Assembly (NCBI RefSeq): GCF_009914755.1
Contig: NC_060936.1
Source: the human T2T-CHM13v2.0 reference genome, Homo sapiens
Direction: 5' to 3' (one strand)
DNA: 64,000 bases
Part shown: positions 28,011 through 41,838 of the stretch, in pieces
Position numbering within the stretch: the stretch's first letter is position 1
How the letters are laid out: the number at the start of each line of letters is the position of its first letter
Position numbers and translations under genes: made by a program
The notes under the pieces: generated by a model
What the model was told of the DNA's origin: nothing
Database searches by the model: none
The model's input: only the letters and a program-made list of their open reading frames with translations

Positions 28011-30244
28011 TAAAAAATGTCTTCAGTTTACAACATGTAGTTTTATGCAACACTTGGCAAAGTGGGTTCTGGTGGGAGCTGGTAATATCCTTTAAATCAT
28101 GGGACTGAGCAAATGATTCTAGTTGAATCTGTGTTATTTAATCTGTGTTTTTAAATCTGTGAGGCTCTTGCCCCAGACTCTACTTGAAGTCTGCTGTGCT
28201 TGCCTGTAAGCTCATAATCCCAATGACAGATGGTTTTTAATCTTTGCTATTTGGCTTCTAGAATGGGTATGTATTACTAACTCATGTATTTTCTCTAACA
28301 TGTAGAATCTGATTCTGGTGGCCATTCCCTCTGAGGAATAAGATACTTTCTGGGACTTGTAGCCATGGGAGAAAGGTTTAAAACACTTTCAGAGAGTTGA
28401 GGGGAAGCCACTTTATGCTTGGAATCATTGTTGAAAAAAATTCAATTATGAAAAATCACAAATGGGTAAAACCATTAAATAATCCCAGATAGCAGTAGCT
28501 CAGGGCATTATTGTTTAATCATCTCATGCTCAATATTCTAAAGGACACACACATACACAGCAAACAAACAGTGTTGGTGATGTTTTCTGTGTTTTTTAGA
28601 GTGAGAAATTAGAATTATTTTTGAGGACTGGAAGAATCTTTCCTCACTAACTAGCATATCCCAAATTTACACCATGACACTTACCAATTTATAAAAATAT
28701 TTTATTTTATTTCCATATATGTCGCCCTAACTTCTTTAGAGGCATGAACCTATCTTTTCTCTTTTTTATCCCCAAGGACTGGCCAAAAAGAAGAAAAAAA
28801 AGTTTAAAATAGGCAATTAATATTCATTAAATAAATCACAGATAGTAAAGAAGTATTAAAAGCAGCCTGAGCTGGAGTCAACTATTTCTTGTCTGTATCA
28901 GCCAGGCAAAATGTTGCTCAGAAGCCATTCAGGGAATAAAACTCTCTTGTGAAGAATCTGTTCCTTTAAACTAAGGACTTACGTTTTCCCAAACCCTGTA
29001 AATTCCCATGTTTTTCTATATGGATTTATGCCAGAATCATTCCAATCCACTGGTTGGCGAAGAGAATGGTTTAATAACTGCAGGGGAAATGTAAAATTCT
29101 ATTCAGAATATAATGAAAGCTGTATGGTATTATGTATTCATTTACCTTGTAGTAGGAAAACTCAAATCTTCAAATAACAGAGTGTTGCCATGTCAGCTTC
29201 CTCTGGAGAGTTGAAAACTAAACTGTAAAGACAGTAGAACGATGTGATTTGTATTGGAGTCACTGGAATCGACAAAACCTAAATTTTTTTTATAATTTAT
29301 TTATTTCAATTAACAAATGACAAATTTTATAAACTAGTGGTATACAATATGATTTTAATGTATGCTCTACTATGCAAAGCCTCAATTCTTAATTGGTCTA
29401 CAGGATTCAGCTGATAACGTGAATTCTGTCTACCTGCGTTTTTATATTTGTGAAAGAATTATGCTACTTTATAACTCAGTTTTTTAGAGTTTCTATATTC
29501 TAAAATTATTACTTTCAACCATCAAATATAAGATAGTAGAAATATGGGGCAAAATTTTTTGCAGTTTTATATCAAAAAAGTAGATGAATGCAATAGGGAG
29601 TGCATTAAAGAGAACAGAAAAAAATTTTAAAAGAAAGAATGGGGAAAAAAGAAGAGAAAAAAATGTAAAAGAAAGGCGAAGGAAGGGAACCCGAAAGGGC
29701 AAAGAAAGTGAGGAAGGAAGGGAATATTGAAGTATTTGATAGAGCTTCCCTACCACCCAGATGCTTTAGTATGTGCAGTATTTCAAAGTTCTTCCTAGGT
29801 AAATAGCAATGTCTTTCCTTTTTATTAGCACTGCTGCAGCTGCTGTTGCTCACAAAGAGATTCACAAATCAAAATAGACTCAGTTAGCTTTTCAATAATT
29901 CTGAAAAGGTAGGAGAACATTGCCAGAAAAGGATAGCACTCCAGTATCCTAACATAGAGTCTTGTTAGCAAAACAAAGTGTGAATTGCTTAGATAATTCC
30001 CTGCTGTTGGTAATTCCACTGGGTGTCTTCTGTGGCAGCACAGGCTACTTCTCCTCTATAGACCAATGCCATTGAACAGAAGATGTCAGAATGATATGAA
30101 AAAGTTGCTCTTTTGAAATGTTTGTTCTTCTAGATTTTTTTAAAATGTCAGCATGATTCATACCTATTGGTTCTTAGCCTGGAGCACCCAGCACAACCAG
30201 GAATTGAGGAAGCTAGAGCAGGATGTGAATAATGAATGGGCTGC

Positions 30245-30294
30245 ATAAGCAGAAGTCTATACCCAGTCAATAAGCAGAAGTCTATACCCAGTCA
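30245..30294. repeat. Perfect 25-bp tandem duplication
   Basis: ATAAGCAGAAGTCTATACCCAGTCA x2. Confidence 0.98.
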
Positions 30295-30351
30295 GTGTGC
30301 AGAGTTGCAGGCTAGCATTTTCACAGATTCTATTATTCTCTCTCTCTCAAG

Positions 30352-30484
30352 GGAAAACGGGAAAACTAGCAAGAGCTAGCAAGAACTAGCAAGAGCTTGA
30401 ACAAACGCCTGGACTCAGATTGGAAGACTGCTCATTTGTCTACTGCCTCATTCCTGGAAATTGCACTGGAACTGTCTGATTAAG
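30352..30484 (+). other. SYT1: Non-coding internal 5'UTR exon (133 nt), most likely of synaptotagmin-1
   Basis: Acceptor TATTATTCTCTCTCTCTCAAG|G (AG at 30350-30351) and donor TAAG|GTATTT (GT at 30485). No ATG in the exon; unique, non-repeat flanks. The sequence ending ...GGAACTGTCTGATTAAG and the 133-nt length match my recollection of the SYT1 5'UTR exon c.-216..c.-84. Gene identity is recalled and needs BLAT confirmation. Confidence 0.78.
30365..30397. repeat. 10-bp tandem repeat (RCTAGCAAGA) x3.3 inside the exon
   Basis: ACTAGCAAGA GCTAGCAAGA ACTAGCAAGA GCT. Confidence 0.97.
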
Positions 30485-31904
30485 GTATTTGGAAAAAACA
30501 AATTTTTGACACATTTTGTTGATGATCAACCTCCTTTATCCATCCATATCTTTTTATATGTGGCGGCGGGGCCGGCGGAGGGAAGGGTAGTATTTGTGCT
30601 GAAGATTGAAGAACTGTATCTCTTTAAAAATTCTTGTGATATTAAGGGGAAATTAGTGTTTGTCACATATTCTGAAATTATTACTATTATTAATGTTTTT
30701 GAAATGCTGTTTTCGTTGGTGGGGCACTGGCTCCTTGTATAACATGTTTGCTTTCTCCCACTGTCATTTTGTACTCTATCAAATCCAAAGTTGTCATGGT
30801 TCATTATCTGTAGATGATCTTGAGCAGTCTTGCATTCTAAAAGAATATGCCATGGCATCTGCCTCTGTGCTTTTGTGGCCTGCTGCACAGATGATATTTT
30901 AGCACGAGTATTGGGTGAGGGGTTAGAGGGGAGAGCAGAATTTGTCTCAGACTGATGTTTCCTTGTACCATGCTGTGTCTCATTCTTTCATATATGGCTA
31001 ATTCAACAGTGAAGTACATATATCACACTGTGACTATTACATATGTTAGAGTACATAATTTGGGTTGTAAAGTATCTGTTTGTCTTAACTAATGAATTCC
31101 ATCAAATTCAATTACCATTCTTCATTAACCAATCAAATTACTCCTTTGGTCTAAGTCATTTCTAACACACTTTTATTAGGCATACACACAATTCTATGAA
31201 GTAAACGTGAGGTGATTAGATTATCTCATGATCTTTATTTGGAGTCCCATGCTACAGAAGTTTGGATTTCTAAAGAATAGCCTTTCACATTACTTCCACT
31301 GTATACAGGAGAAATAGTGTTACAGTGTGAAGCTCTGTCTTTAAGACTCTGTTTTACTACTTCTATCTTAGACTTTCTTTTCCCTGAGGAAGTTTGCTAC
31401 AGTGGATCGCCAATACAAAAATACATAGAAATACACCAACTATATATTCCTATAAAATTAACCTATTTATTAAGTAAATGTACCTATACGCTTATGCGAT
31501 ACTGGATCATAATATTTTTCACCTTTTAGGAATAAATTATTTCAGTACTAGAACTTTCTCCTATCTCTTGCAGTAAGATACCACAGTGTAGGATCACAGT
31601 TGTTATTGTTGAAACACTTTTTTCAAATTATCATTATTTCTTTACATGGATTTCTTTTTAAACAAAGTGGTTCTGGAAATGCATATACCCAGTATTGATA
31701 GTACTTCAGTTTTCTAGGAAATAATTGCCACAGTACTAATTTACATTGGATATTTTAATCATTTTACAATGAAGGGCAGGTGCCTAATGTCCTTGCAGTA
31801 TGATTCTTACCATACAGATCTTAAAATATTTCCATTTTGTTCTCTTCTACATTAATGTCTTTTAGGAACATTTTCATCTTCTTTCCTACAACTATTTTGA
31901 GAAA

Positions 31905-32060
31905 CATCTCAAAATGTGGTCTAAAGCCAACCTACAAAAATACATGTTCTGAGTTCCATGCCAGACTTAAGTCAGAATCTTTGGGAGTAGGCCCTAGGAC
32001 CAGCATTTAAAATATACATATTAGGTGATTATAATGTAATCCAAAGTGAAATAACCACTG
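31905..32060. mobile_element. MER5-type hAT MITE
   Basis: CTCAAAATGTGGTC...TCAGAATCTTTGGGAGTAGGCCC...AACCACTG. Confidence 0.7.
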
Positions 32061-33632
32061 CTCTACAAAATGAGAGCAAGGAAACAACTGACAGAAAAGC
32101 ATTGTAAAACTAGATGTATAACTGATATGAAAAATAAAAACACCACAATCAAGTTAAATTTGAATTTTAATTTTTTTCTACATGTTTTCATTACTTGGCT
32201 GCAAAAAGCATTCTAGGTTGTTTATTTCACCTTTAATATGAGTTTTAAATATCTTAAATTAAAATTTTAATATTTAGTGTTAATTAAGGATATGGATGTC
32301 TGTTATTTAAAAGCTTTTTCCAAGTTGCCAAACAATGAATGATAGTTATAATGGTAAAAGGTATTAAATTTATAATTTGTATCATTCATTAGTATTTTCA
32401 TATTTGAATCTTTAGTTTTACAAAGCTTTGTAAATAACAAGTCTATCTTTAATATTTTATATATCTAATAAACAACACTTTTTAAAGAATTTCAACCGAT
32501 CTTTTTGTTAAGGTTTCCATTTAAATGAATTACGTGAGTGTCTTACTTTCAGAAGATACTTTATTAATACAACTAAATTGAATTCTTTGGGCTGAGATTT
32601 TTCCATTTTTTCATAAATGAATATTTCCATATTATCTAATCTTAATAAGAATATTTTCTCAGTGCGGCAAGTAAGACATGTTTGCCAATTTAATATACCA
32701 AACTCTAAAGTAAGTATACACTCAAATGAGAGTTAGGGGACAAAGAACTGTCTTCTGAACCATGAAAAGACGGAATGTCGTGATTACCTCAGGCACTGAA
32801 AGACAGCAAAAATCTACATTAGTTCTAGTAGAAAGACTACAGAGAATGTTTGACCCATAAAATTAATTTTTGCTTCCTACATAGCCGACTCCATGGAGAC
32901 AAGGTCTAAAAAGGGAAAATGGTCGAAATCTTAGGTTTGTAGGTTAACTTACTTTGTAAACTAGATATGTCCTGAAAAGACTGGAATAATTTAAATTGTT
33001 TCTGCGTTCATAAGAATCATTTTATGTATCAAAAATTCTTTTGTTTTCAGCTAGTTTTGAAGATTGTATTTAGATTATGGACAGACTACTTTAATTGGGT
33101 TGTGTTTCAAAAGTTTCATTATGAAGTTAAATATTTGGGACTCAAAACTTATTTTCAAATATAAAGAATGCTATAAATGCTGTTTCATGCCCAGATTCAA
33201 TTTTATGAAATCCACAACATTATAGTAAAATTACATAAGTTATAAAACTAGAAATTGAAGGGAAGAATCATTGAAAACAATACTATATGATCGTCAAAAT
33301 TAAGCCAATTAGACAAAAAATATTACATTATATATTTACTTTGAATATAAATGCTAAAGGAAAGTAAATTTGCTTATAAATAAATGAGAAATTAAAAGAG
33401 GGGGTAGAATATTTTTCTAAAACACAGAGAGAGTGGGGTTATAGCATGAACAGTATTCTCCTGAGCCAGGGGGGAGAGGGAGATGGAGGGGAGAGATGCT
33501 GGGTAGATTTAGAGAATGAAAGGCAAAAGGATCTCAAGTATGAGTGGCCAACAGCATTGAACTAGCTATTAAAAAGAAAATTTGCTCATAAATGGTAGGC
33601 TTATAATCCAGAAGAACAGGTGTATTCAATGG

Positions 33633-33978
<346 letters not shown>

Positions 33979-36900
33979 TTAATTCTTTTAAAATGAATAG
34001 GTAACTATGTTGTTACATATCCATTTAGAAAGCAGCTGTGTAGAGGAAATGGTAAGGAGAGATAGTGGGCGAGCATGCATGCTAACTCAGTGAGTGCCAA
34101 CTAATGGAGTGAAGGGAGAACTAATGAATCTTTGGCCTTCTACTAATGGCTTTATCTCTGAGTGGATTAACTCCTTACTCTTTATTGAGTTCCACTTTCT
34201 AAGGAATTCTACCCTTTGTTTCTTTCTGAAAATTCAGCATCAAGTGAACCAAATTTACCAATTTGCTGCCTTTGTGTGCACAGTTGTTCATTTAATTTAT
34301 GAAATAGTTATTGAATACCTACTATGTAGTCAGCACTATGCAAATTTTGTTACTTTTAGCCCAGACATTAGGACACAAAGAATATTTTGTTGTATTTGAA
34401 TTTTAGTATTTTGTATTTTACCATTTCTCATTTATTTTCTGTTTCTTAAATTTGGATAGTTGAAGGGAACAGGTGGCATCCATGCCTAGGGATGGAGGGC
34501 TAGGAGTGTGGATAACCCAGAGAAGAAGGTGCAAAAAAAGGAGGTATCTGTCTTGTTCCTCTATTCTGCTGATTTTAAGGAGGTCTTAGCAGCCCTAAGC
34601 AGAGCCCCCATCACTTCCATTTAACCTTAAAAACAATTTTTAGAGATGGAAAAAATAGAACTATTTGCTCATGATAAAAATTCTACATTCAAAGTGAAGA
34701 AAAACTACTACATTCAAATTGAAGACCTGCAGTATATAGCTCTTTTTGAGCTGATATATCTCATTACTAGGCTAATCTATGGTATAAGAAGCAAGAAGTT
34801 AGAAAGGCATCCTGGAAAAATGGCCCATAATTCTTCATCAACTGTAATTTTCAGTGAAATAAAAGTCTAAATCTCCATTACTAGTTAGTTTGAAGTACAG
34901 AAGGTCATCATGTAAGTTTCTAAAATCCCTTTTAACTCTAGAAATTCTACTGGAGAGACAGGTGAATAAGATTGGGAAAAAATAATTGTTCATCTTTCAT
35001 TGAAGAAAGTTATTTAGAGGAATTTTTCAATATCAAGCACCCCTCCTTTCCGTTCCATTTTCAAGAAACAAGAGCAAAGGATGAGTTTTGGCAACATTCC
35101 AAGAAGTGTCTTAGGGCAGAAATGGTCAATGCCTGTGTTGAGTTACCTGAATCTCTATTTGGCAGCTTCTGAAAGCTACTATAAAAACCTGGGCTTAAGA
35201 AGAGGATGATGGTATGGTCTCGCAGCCTTGTGTGAATTTTCTAAACGGTTTTGTTACCCCAAAGCATAGAAGTGATACCTCAAAATTTATAACTGATGCT
35301 ATATCATAGTTATACTCACATATAAACTTGCTTGATAATATTTCCTACAGTTGAGTTTCCAATCAATCTATTTTTATCTCCTACACTTCCCTGATCCAAC
35401 AAATCTTATCCATCATGCAGCCTGAGTTCATACCTTTGTTTCTTCAATGTTTTTATTAAACATCTACAATGTCAGTTATTCTTCAAACCTTCTTGTACAG
35501 GCCCCTGTCCTCATGGAGACTACCTTCTAGTAGAGAGGTAGACTATTAACAAGGAACAAATATATAAATAATAAGACCCACCAAAATCTTGTTTATTCAC
35601 TAACTTTAATCGTATTTTTGTCTAAATTTTCTTCTTCCAAGTTTTTTTTTTTCAGTCAGTAATCCTACTCTTCATTTTAGCCTACTTGATTCTTACTGTT
35701 TTCAACATTGCCCTCAAATTAATATAATCCACTATTTTAACTCTTTTAAGATTTTCCATCATCTTAAGTGGAAGGAACAAATAAATTCATAAATTTACAT
35801 ATTAGATAAGATGAATTGCCGGAGAAATTTGATCCGTATAGCCAGATGTAAGTAATACCAGAGTGGCTCCAATGTGGCCATTATGGAATCAAATACCTCA
35901 CAGCCCAGGCCTCAAAGGCATCTTTTCTTATCATGAGATTTTTCTTAATTACATTTTCCAGTGATTAAGTGTCCCATTTCTACACATTGGAATGCATTTT
36001 CTATATTAAGTTGTCAATGATCATAAACTATCTGTCAAGAACTTATTCCAATTATCCTAACAACCTCCTCTAGGATCCCTAGCTTAACCATTCTACATTT
36101 ACTATATGTACTTGGCACAAAGATGGTATAAAGGTTTAGCCCTAAATTGTTTATAAATTTTTCACACTATTCCAGGATATTAGAACAGGATAGTCATTTA
36201 CTTGTGTACACATATAAATGTCTGAATACACATCTTGAAAATGCAATAGGTTACATCTGATGATGGTTCAAGAAGAACTAAAAGGATAATCTTAAGGGAA
36301 CATAAAAATTTCGTGTTTGAAGTTACTGCTAAGAAGAATAGCAATGTAAGAGTTCAGATAACTGCAAAAGTAAAGAATCAAGGCAGTGTAAAGTTTCTAT
36401 AACTTAGGGAACTTAACTAGCTGTTAAAAGGGCACCTCTCTGACAGCATTAACATTTCAAAAATTTGATACATAAAGATGTGCCAGTACAAAGTTTGGTC
36501 CTTAGCAATAATCAATTAATGATACTGTCCTTTTCATTCAGTGAATCCAAGAATAATAGTTTTCAGACCTAAATATTTACAACCACAGTTTCATCAAAAT
36601 ACAGAGAATATATATTGTATCAAGTGTGCCTTTATCTAGGGCAAATCTTAATAGCGTCTAGATTCAGACCAACCACCAAGACAAATTGCCAAGAGAATTA
36701 TTAAGAAATTTGTATAAATCCCTTTATTACATCTTAGATTTTAAAACTTCTCAAAACAATTACAGCCCTTACATACCTGTGATGGTTTTTAATTCCCTGG
36801 ACAATTTATCAAGAAATTAAAAATTCAGAGCACCCTAGCAACACAGTGGTATATTTACCATTGCAGTATGCCAGTTTTGTTTATTTTTTATGGCACAAAT

Positions 36901-39900
36901 ACCACAATGTATTTTATTTATTAATCTATTGGCTGAAGTATAATATGCCAACAGAAAAGTGAATAAAACATGCATTTTATATAGCATTATGAGATTTTTT
37001 CTCTTGCTTTTTGGTCATTGATCTTGTAAATTGTTATTTTTTAGTTATTATGATGAGGATTTAATATCCAGAATATATTAAGAAATCCTACAACTCAACA
37101 ACAAAAACCTAATGTGTCTATTTACAAATAAAAATTACAAATTAGTTTAGATAATTACAAATTAGAAAACAATGAAGAATAGAATTTAATTGAATGGAAA
37201 ATAAATGTTTATATTCATGGAAGAAACACACATAAAGATGAATTATAATTTGCTATCAAATATACAGAAAATTAGATGGAGTTTTTGGTTCACAATAGCT
37301 GACAAGTTGACAATATGCTTATGTTAAAAATAAACATTATTCTAAGGTATTTAAATAGAAACATAACAAAAATAATCCTGGGTACGGTCACTTCGTTAGA
37401 GACTTGGGCTCAAATTTAGGTCCCACAATAGAAAAAGAATTAACAGGAAGGTGGAAAGAGCAACAAAACCGCAGTTATTTGTAGTTTGCGACATAATCTT
37501 GTAAGAAAATAAGTTCAAGATGCTAAAGAGAGAAAAAAGAAAGATGCATCAAGTGTGGATTTAAAGTAAATATATACCATTACAAGACACATTGTATACC
37601 GAGAACCAAAAAGAAACTTACTGAAATTGTAGGAAAGAACAACGAATGACATAATGCAATATTCTGAGAAGAGAATGTTGAAATTTATTCTTGATTTTTT
37701 TTAAAAGACAGCTATTTATCTTTTGTGAAAAATCATAATACAGTTCTGTTTAACAATGAAGAACTATTCCACTGTATTACCTCCCAATTCTCACATATTT
37801 ATACATAAGTATTAAAACTATATGTAGTATAATAAACCTAAATTTCTGAAATATGAACACTATCACAATTTTCTAGGTGATAAGTTATTATACGATTTTG
37901 TTATTTAACTGTAAGCAAGGGAGAATCTAAGAAAGAAGAATATATTCTTTCTAAAATAACTCCCCTTCAAGATGGCAGCTGAATACATAGAATAATCAGA
38001 CTAATCATTTGGGGTTAGTGGTTGTTTTTATGTTACATAGAAGGAGAAATGACCACTATCTGATGGCATCCAAGAAAGTGCCTCTCTGGGGACAGAATTG
38101 TCACCCTGATCACCATTGCTCATGAACCCCCTTCATGTTAATGGGCACATTCCAAGTAGAAGACGTGATAACAAATTCTTTATGTTCTTTTAGGACTGTT
38201 AATTCTAAAAATTTTGGGACTTATTATATAGTGCTGGTTAATTCTGAGTATAAATGTAAGGAAATTCTGTTTCATAATTTAGTGTCTAGAATAGGACTTT
38301 ATAAATTGGTTTATGATCAGTGTGCTTCAAGTTTATTTTGGGTACCAAATGTTCCCTTTATTTAATCTATTTAAATCAACAAAAGAAGCAATTTCAAACG
38401 GTATTCATCCAATAAACTGTAGTTAGGAAAATGTTCATTAATCTATTTTTATTTACCAACAACTTTGTCATTTTCTTTCGAAAAGCACTTTGAAGGAGGG
38501 AAAAATAAAAACAGAAGGAAAGAGAAATTATATACCACTATAAAAATTATATGCAGTTTTGCCTGCTTTTTATGTAACCTAGTATTCAAAACTTAACTGG
38601 TTTTATCAGATTCCATTATGTTATGAACACACAGGCCAGTATTTCCCCACCAGTTTCTTCTAACTAGGAAGTACATTCAAACGGAAAATCTAAGTTTGTG
38701 TTTTTCTACTGAAAGAAATGTCGCTGGTGAATAGCGAAGATGATTTATGTGCATAAAGCTGACCTTATAAAAATAATCTCTGTGTTCATCATAATTTTAT
38801 TGCTATGTAACATTTGTTCCATTTTCTTTTTGTATATCTCTGATAAACCATTAGTTTGTAGATCTCTGATGCCTTAGAACATATGACAGTTTAAAAATAT
38901 CTATTGTGTTTTTCCCCAAATTATTTTATTAGTCAGTAGTTTTTTTTGATGAAACAGTGACATCAATTTCTTTCATGGTTACAATTTTTGCAGTGTTTTA
39001 GCTAACATATTTTACTAACTGAAAATTATCCTTGCCTTTTATTTACACTTCAGAAGTTAAAAATAAATATATTTATTAATTAACAATTATATCTCCAAAA
39101 CAAAGTAACGATTATTTGGTTTCTAATGCTAGCAGTTCTTGTTTATATTTAATGAAAATCGCATTTCTCCTGACAGGGGAAAAATATTTTTCCACATTAA
39201 GAAAGGCTTTTCATTCATGTCCTGAAACTACATATTTTTGTTCTGGAATATAAATCATCTATTTATTTGATATGTATGTTGAAATTTAGTTTGTGAAACA
39301 GAATATATATCTATTTGTATGTCTCTCTATAATAGAATTATGGACTGTGATGAGTTGTTCTCCATATACATGAAGGATTAGATACATATCTTTCTTCTTT
39401 CCAAAAATGCCATCAGCATTGTCAGTCTCAGAAAACAGGTGGAAAATTGCCTCAGTGTTTCTGATATCTCTTATTAAAGATAGTTACGATGCAGAACTGA
39501 AAAATACTAAAGTTTTATGAAGCATCACCATGAAATAATAAAACTTTCCTTTAATAAAGGGCTCATATCCAATAAAGGGCTTATATCTGAATGAATATTG
39601 TCGTTCACTATGGTCACCTTAAATTTCAGATGCTTCCATCGTTCAAAATATTCTGCTGTTTGTTTGCAACTTTTAGAGCCAGTTTATGCACCAGGAAGCA
39701 GTCTTTGACAAACACCACTGTGAAGGCATTATATCATTATGATCAGTACAAATGAGGAGGCACCCTTTCTAAGCATGAGGAACATTTCTTTTAATGAGTC
39801 TGTGCCCTCTCCAAAGGAAATATGCATTCATCAAGTACACTTTAATTCAAAATGGTGTGTGTTTTCTAGACAAAAAGATACATCTCTCATAAAGGAGAAG

Positions 39901-40265
39901 TACTCTGAGGCTGATGGGCTCATGAGGTCACATGTTGGCTAAAAGACCTCGCAGGCTATGCCCAGAACATTAGTTAGACCTTTTCAAGATGTGGGGGAAA
40001 AAAAGACACATAAAGTTTCAGGCTGAATCAAAAAGACTATTTTTTTACTCAGCTCTTGTTATATTTTATAGTTACATCCTTATCCCAGACAGGATATAAG
40101 GTCCTTTCAAGAACCCATGAGGCTACACATGACCTTCCCCTGCTACCTCTCTTTACTGGAATATGAAACCTTACTTGAGCCTACAGTACTCTGCATACAT
40201 AGTTACCATTTGCTATTTACTTTACATTAGGGATATATAAAAAAACCCTAAAAAGCCAGCCTATA

Positions 40266-40487
40266 CCAAGCTCAGATGGGCTTACTAGTGAATTTTACTC
40301 AACATTTAAAGAAGAGATATTACTAGTTCCCTACAATCTCTTCCGGAAGATAGAAGCAGAGGGAATACATCCTAACTCATTCTGTGAGGACAGAATTACA
40401 TGAATATCAAAACTAGACAAAGGTAATACAAGAAAAGAATACTATAGACCAGTATCTCTCATGAATATAGAGGCAAAACTCCTCAAC
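40266..40487 (+). mobile_element. Internal L1 ORF2 fragment flanked by 15-bp direct repeats
   Basis: Translates PSSDGLTSEFYSTFKEE...KIEAEGIHPNSF...T*ISKLDK...YRPVSLMNIEAKLLNK (L1 ORF2 Z/RT start); AAAAGCCAGCC(T/C)ATA at 40251-40265 and 40488-40502. Confidence 0.9.
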
Positions 40488-40639
40488 AAAAGCCAGCCCA
40501 TAAACCATCCTGTCAGGTGAAAAGGTAATGGAACTGTGGAGGGATGTTCTGCTTTCCATTACAAACCATTTATTCATTCAACCAATATTTACTTCTGTGA
40601 GGTTGATTCTACGTGGTCAAGAAATCAAACCTGTCATCT

Positions 40640-41835
40640 CTCTCATTCAGTCAGTCACTTATTAATTCACTCACTGAACAAATTTTTTTTTTCAAAATGT
40701 ACAATGCGTTAGGCATTATACCTGGTGCTGGGGGATACAATAGTGAGCAAAATAGGCCAAATCCTTGCCATCATGGTTTTTACATTATATTGGAGAAACA
40801 GACAATAAATGAGATATTAAACAAATAAACAATAAACAACATAAATATATCTATGTTATATACTATGTTATCTTTATATCAATAAATCAAGATACATAGA
40901 TATCTTGTTTATTATCTATTTCTCCAATATAATGTAAGATATATAGTAAGATTTATATTATATATAATAAATATTATATATATATATAAAATGTAAAGTA
41001 TGCTAAAGATATATGCCAAGAAGAAAACAAGAACTTAACATGTACATACGGTGAAATTTACATAGATTGTTCAGAGATGGCCTCATTGAGAAAATGACTT
41101 TGTGTAAAATCCCAAAGGCAATGAAGAAAAGCATCTTGATAATGTTTCCTGGAAGAGCATTGCAGACATAAAGAACAAGACACAACAACAGAGGCTGGTG
41201 TAGAGTGAGTGAGGAAATATACTTGGAGATGTGAAGTCAGAGATTTAGATGGAAATCAAATCATGCAGAGCCTTGTGAGAAATGACATGGAGTTGTGATT
41301 TTTGGCCAAATGTAATGAACAGCCATTGGAGGGTTTTCAATAGGAAAATGCTGTAAAATGATTGACTATTATACAAAATTTATTCCAGTTTCTGTATAGA
41401 AGACAATATTTAGATATCAAGAGTGCAGGCAGATAGAACAATAGAAGTTATTGCAGTATTCCAGGTGAGGCAGCTACCAGAGTTGGTAATTTTGATTAGG
41501 CTTATGGCTGTACACTACTGAGAAATTAATAGACTTGAGATATGTTTTTAAAGTAGAACCTATATGACTTGTTGATGAATTGAATATGGAAAATAAGAGA
41601 GAAGGAATCATCAAAATAATTACCCTAGAGATTTCCTTGAACACTTTGGTGAAGCCATTTATTCTGATGGGGAAGACTCCAACAGAAACGGGTAGGGGAG
41701 GAGAAAACAAATTTTGTTTTTATATGTTAGGTTTGAGGTCATCTTTGGACTTCTAAGAGAAGCCAGTTAGGCAGTTAAAATATAGGAGGCTGGACCTCAG
41801 GGAAAAAGACTGGAATGAAGATATCAAATTAGGAT
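40640..41835 (-). mobile_element. L2 (L2a/b-like)
   Basis: CTCACTGAACAAAT...GGTGCTGGGGGATACAATAGTGAGCAAAA...CAGAGATGGCCTCATTGAGAAAATGAC...CCATTGGAGGGTTTT. Confidence 0.82.
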
Positions 41836-41838
41836 TTG

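Noticed and set aside
30245-30397. Short direct repeats as a CRISPR-like array
   Set aside because: The repeats are adjacent with no spacers, there are no cas genes, and the context is primate DNA.
30461-30902. Overlapping ORFs (93, 120 and 80 aa) beside the exon
   Set aside because: They lie mostly in the intron, show no recognisable homology, and the exon itself has stops in all three frames.
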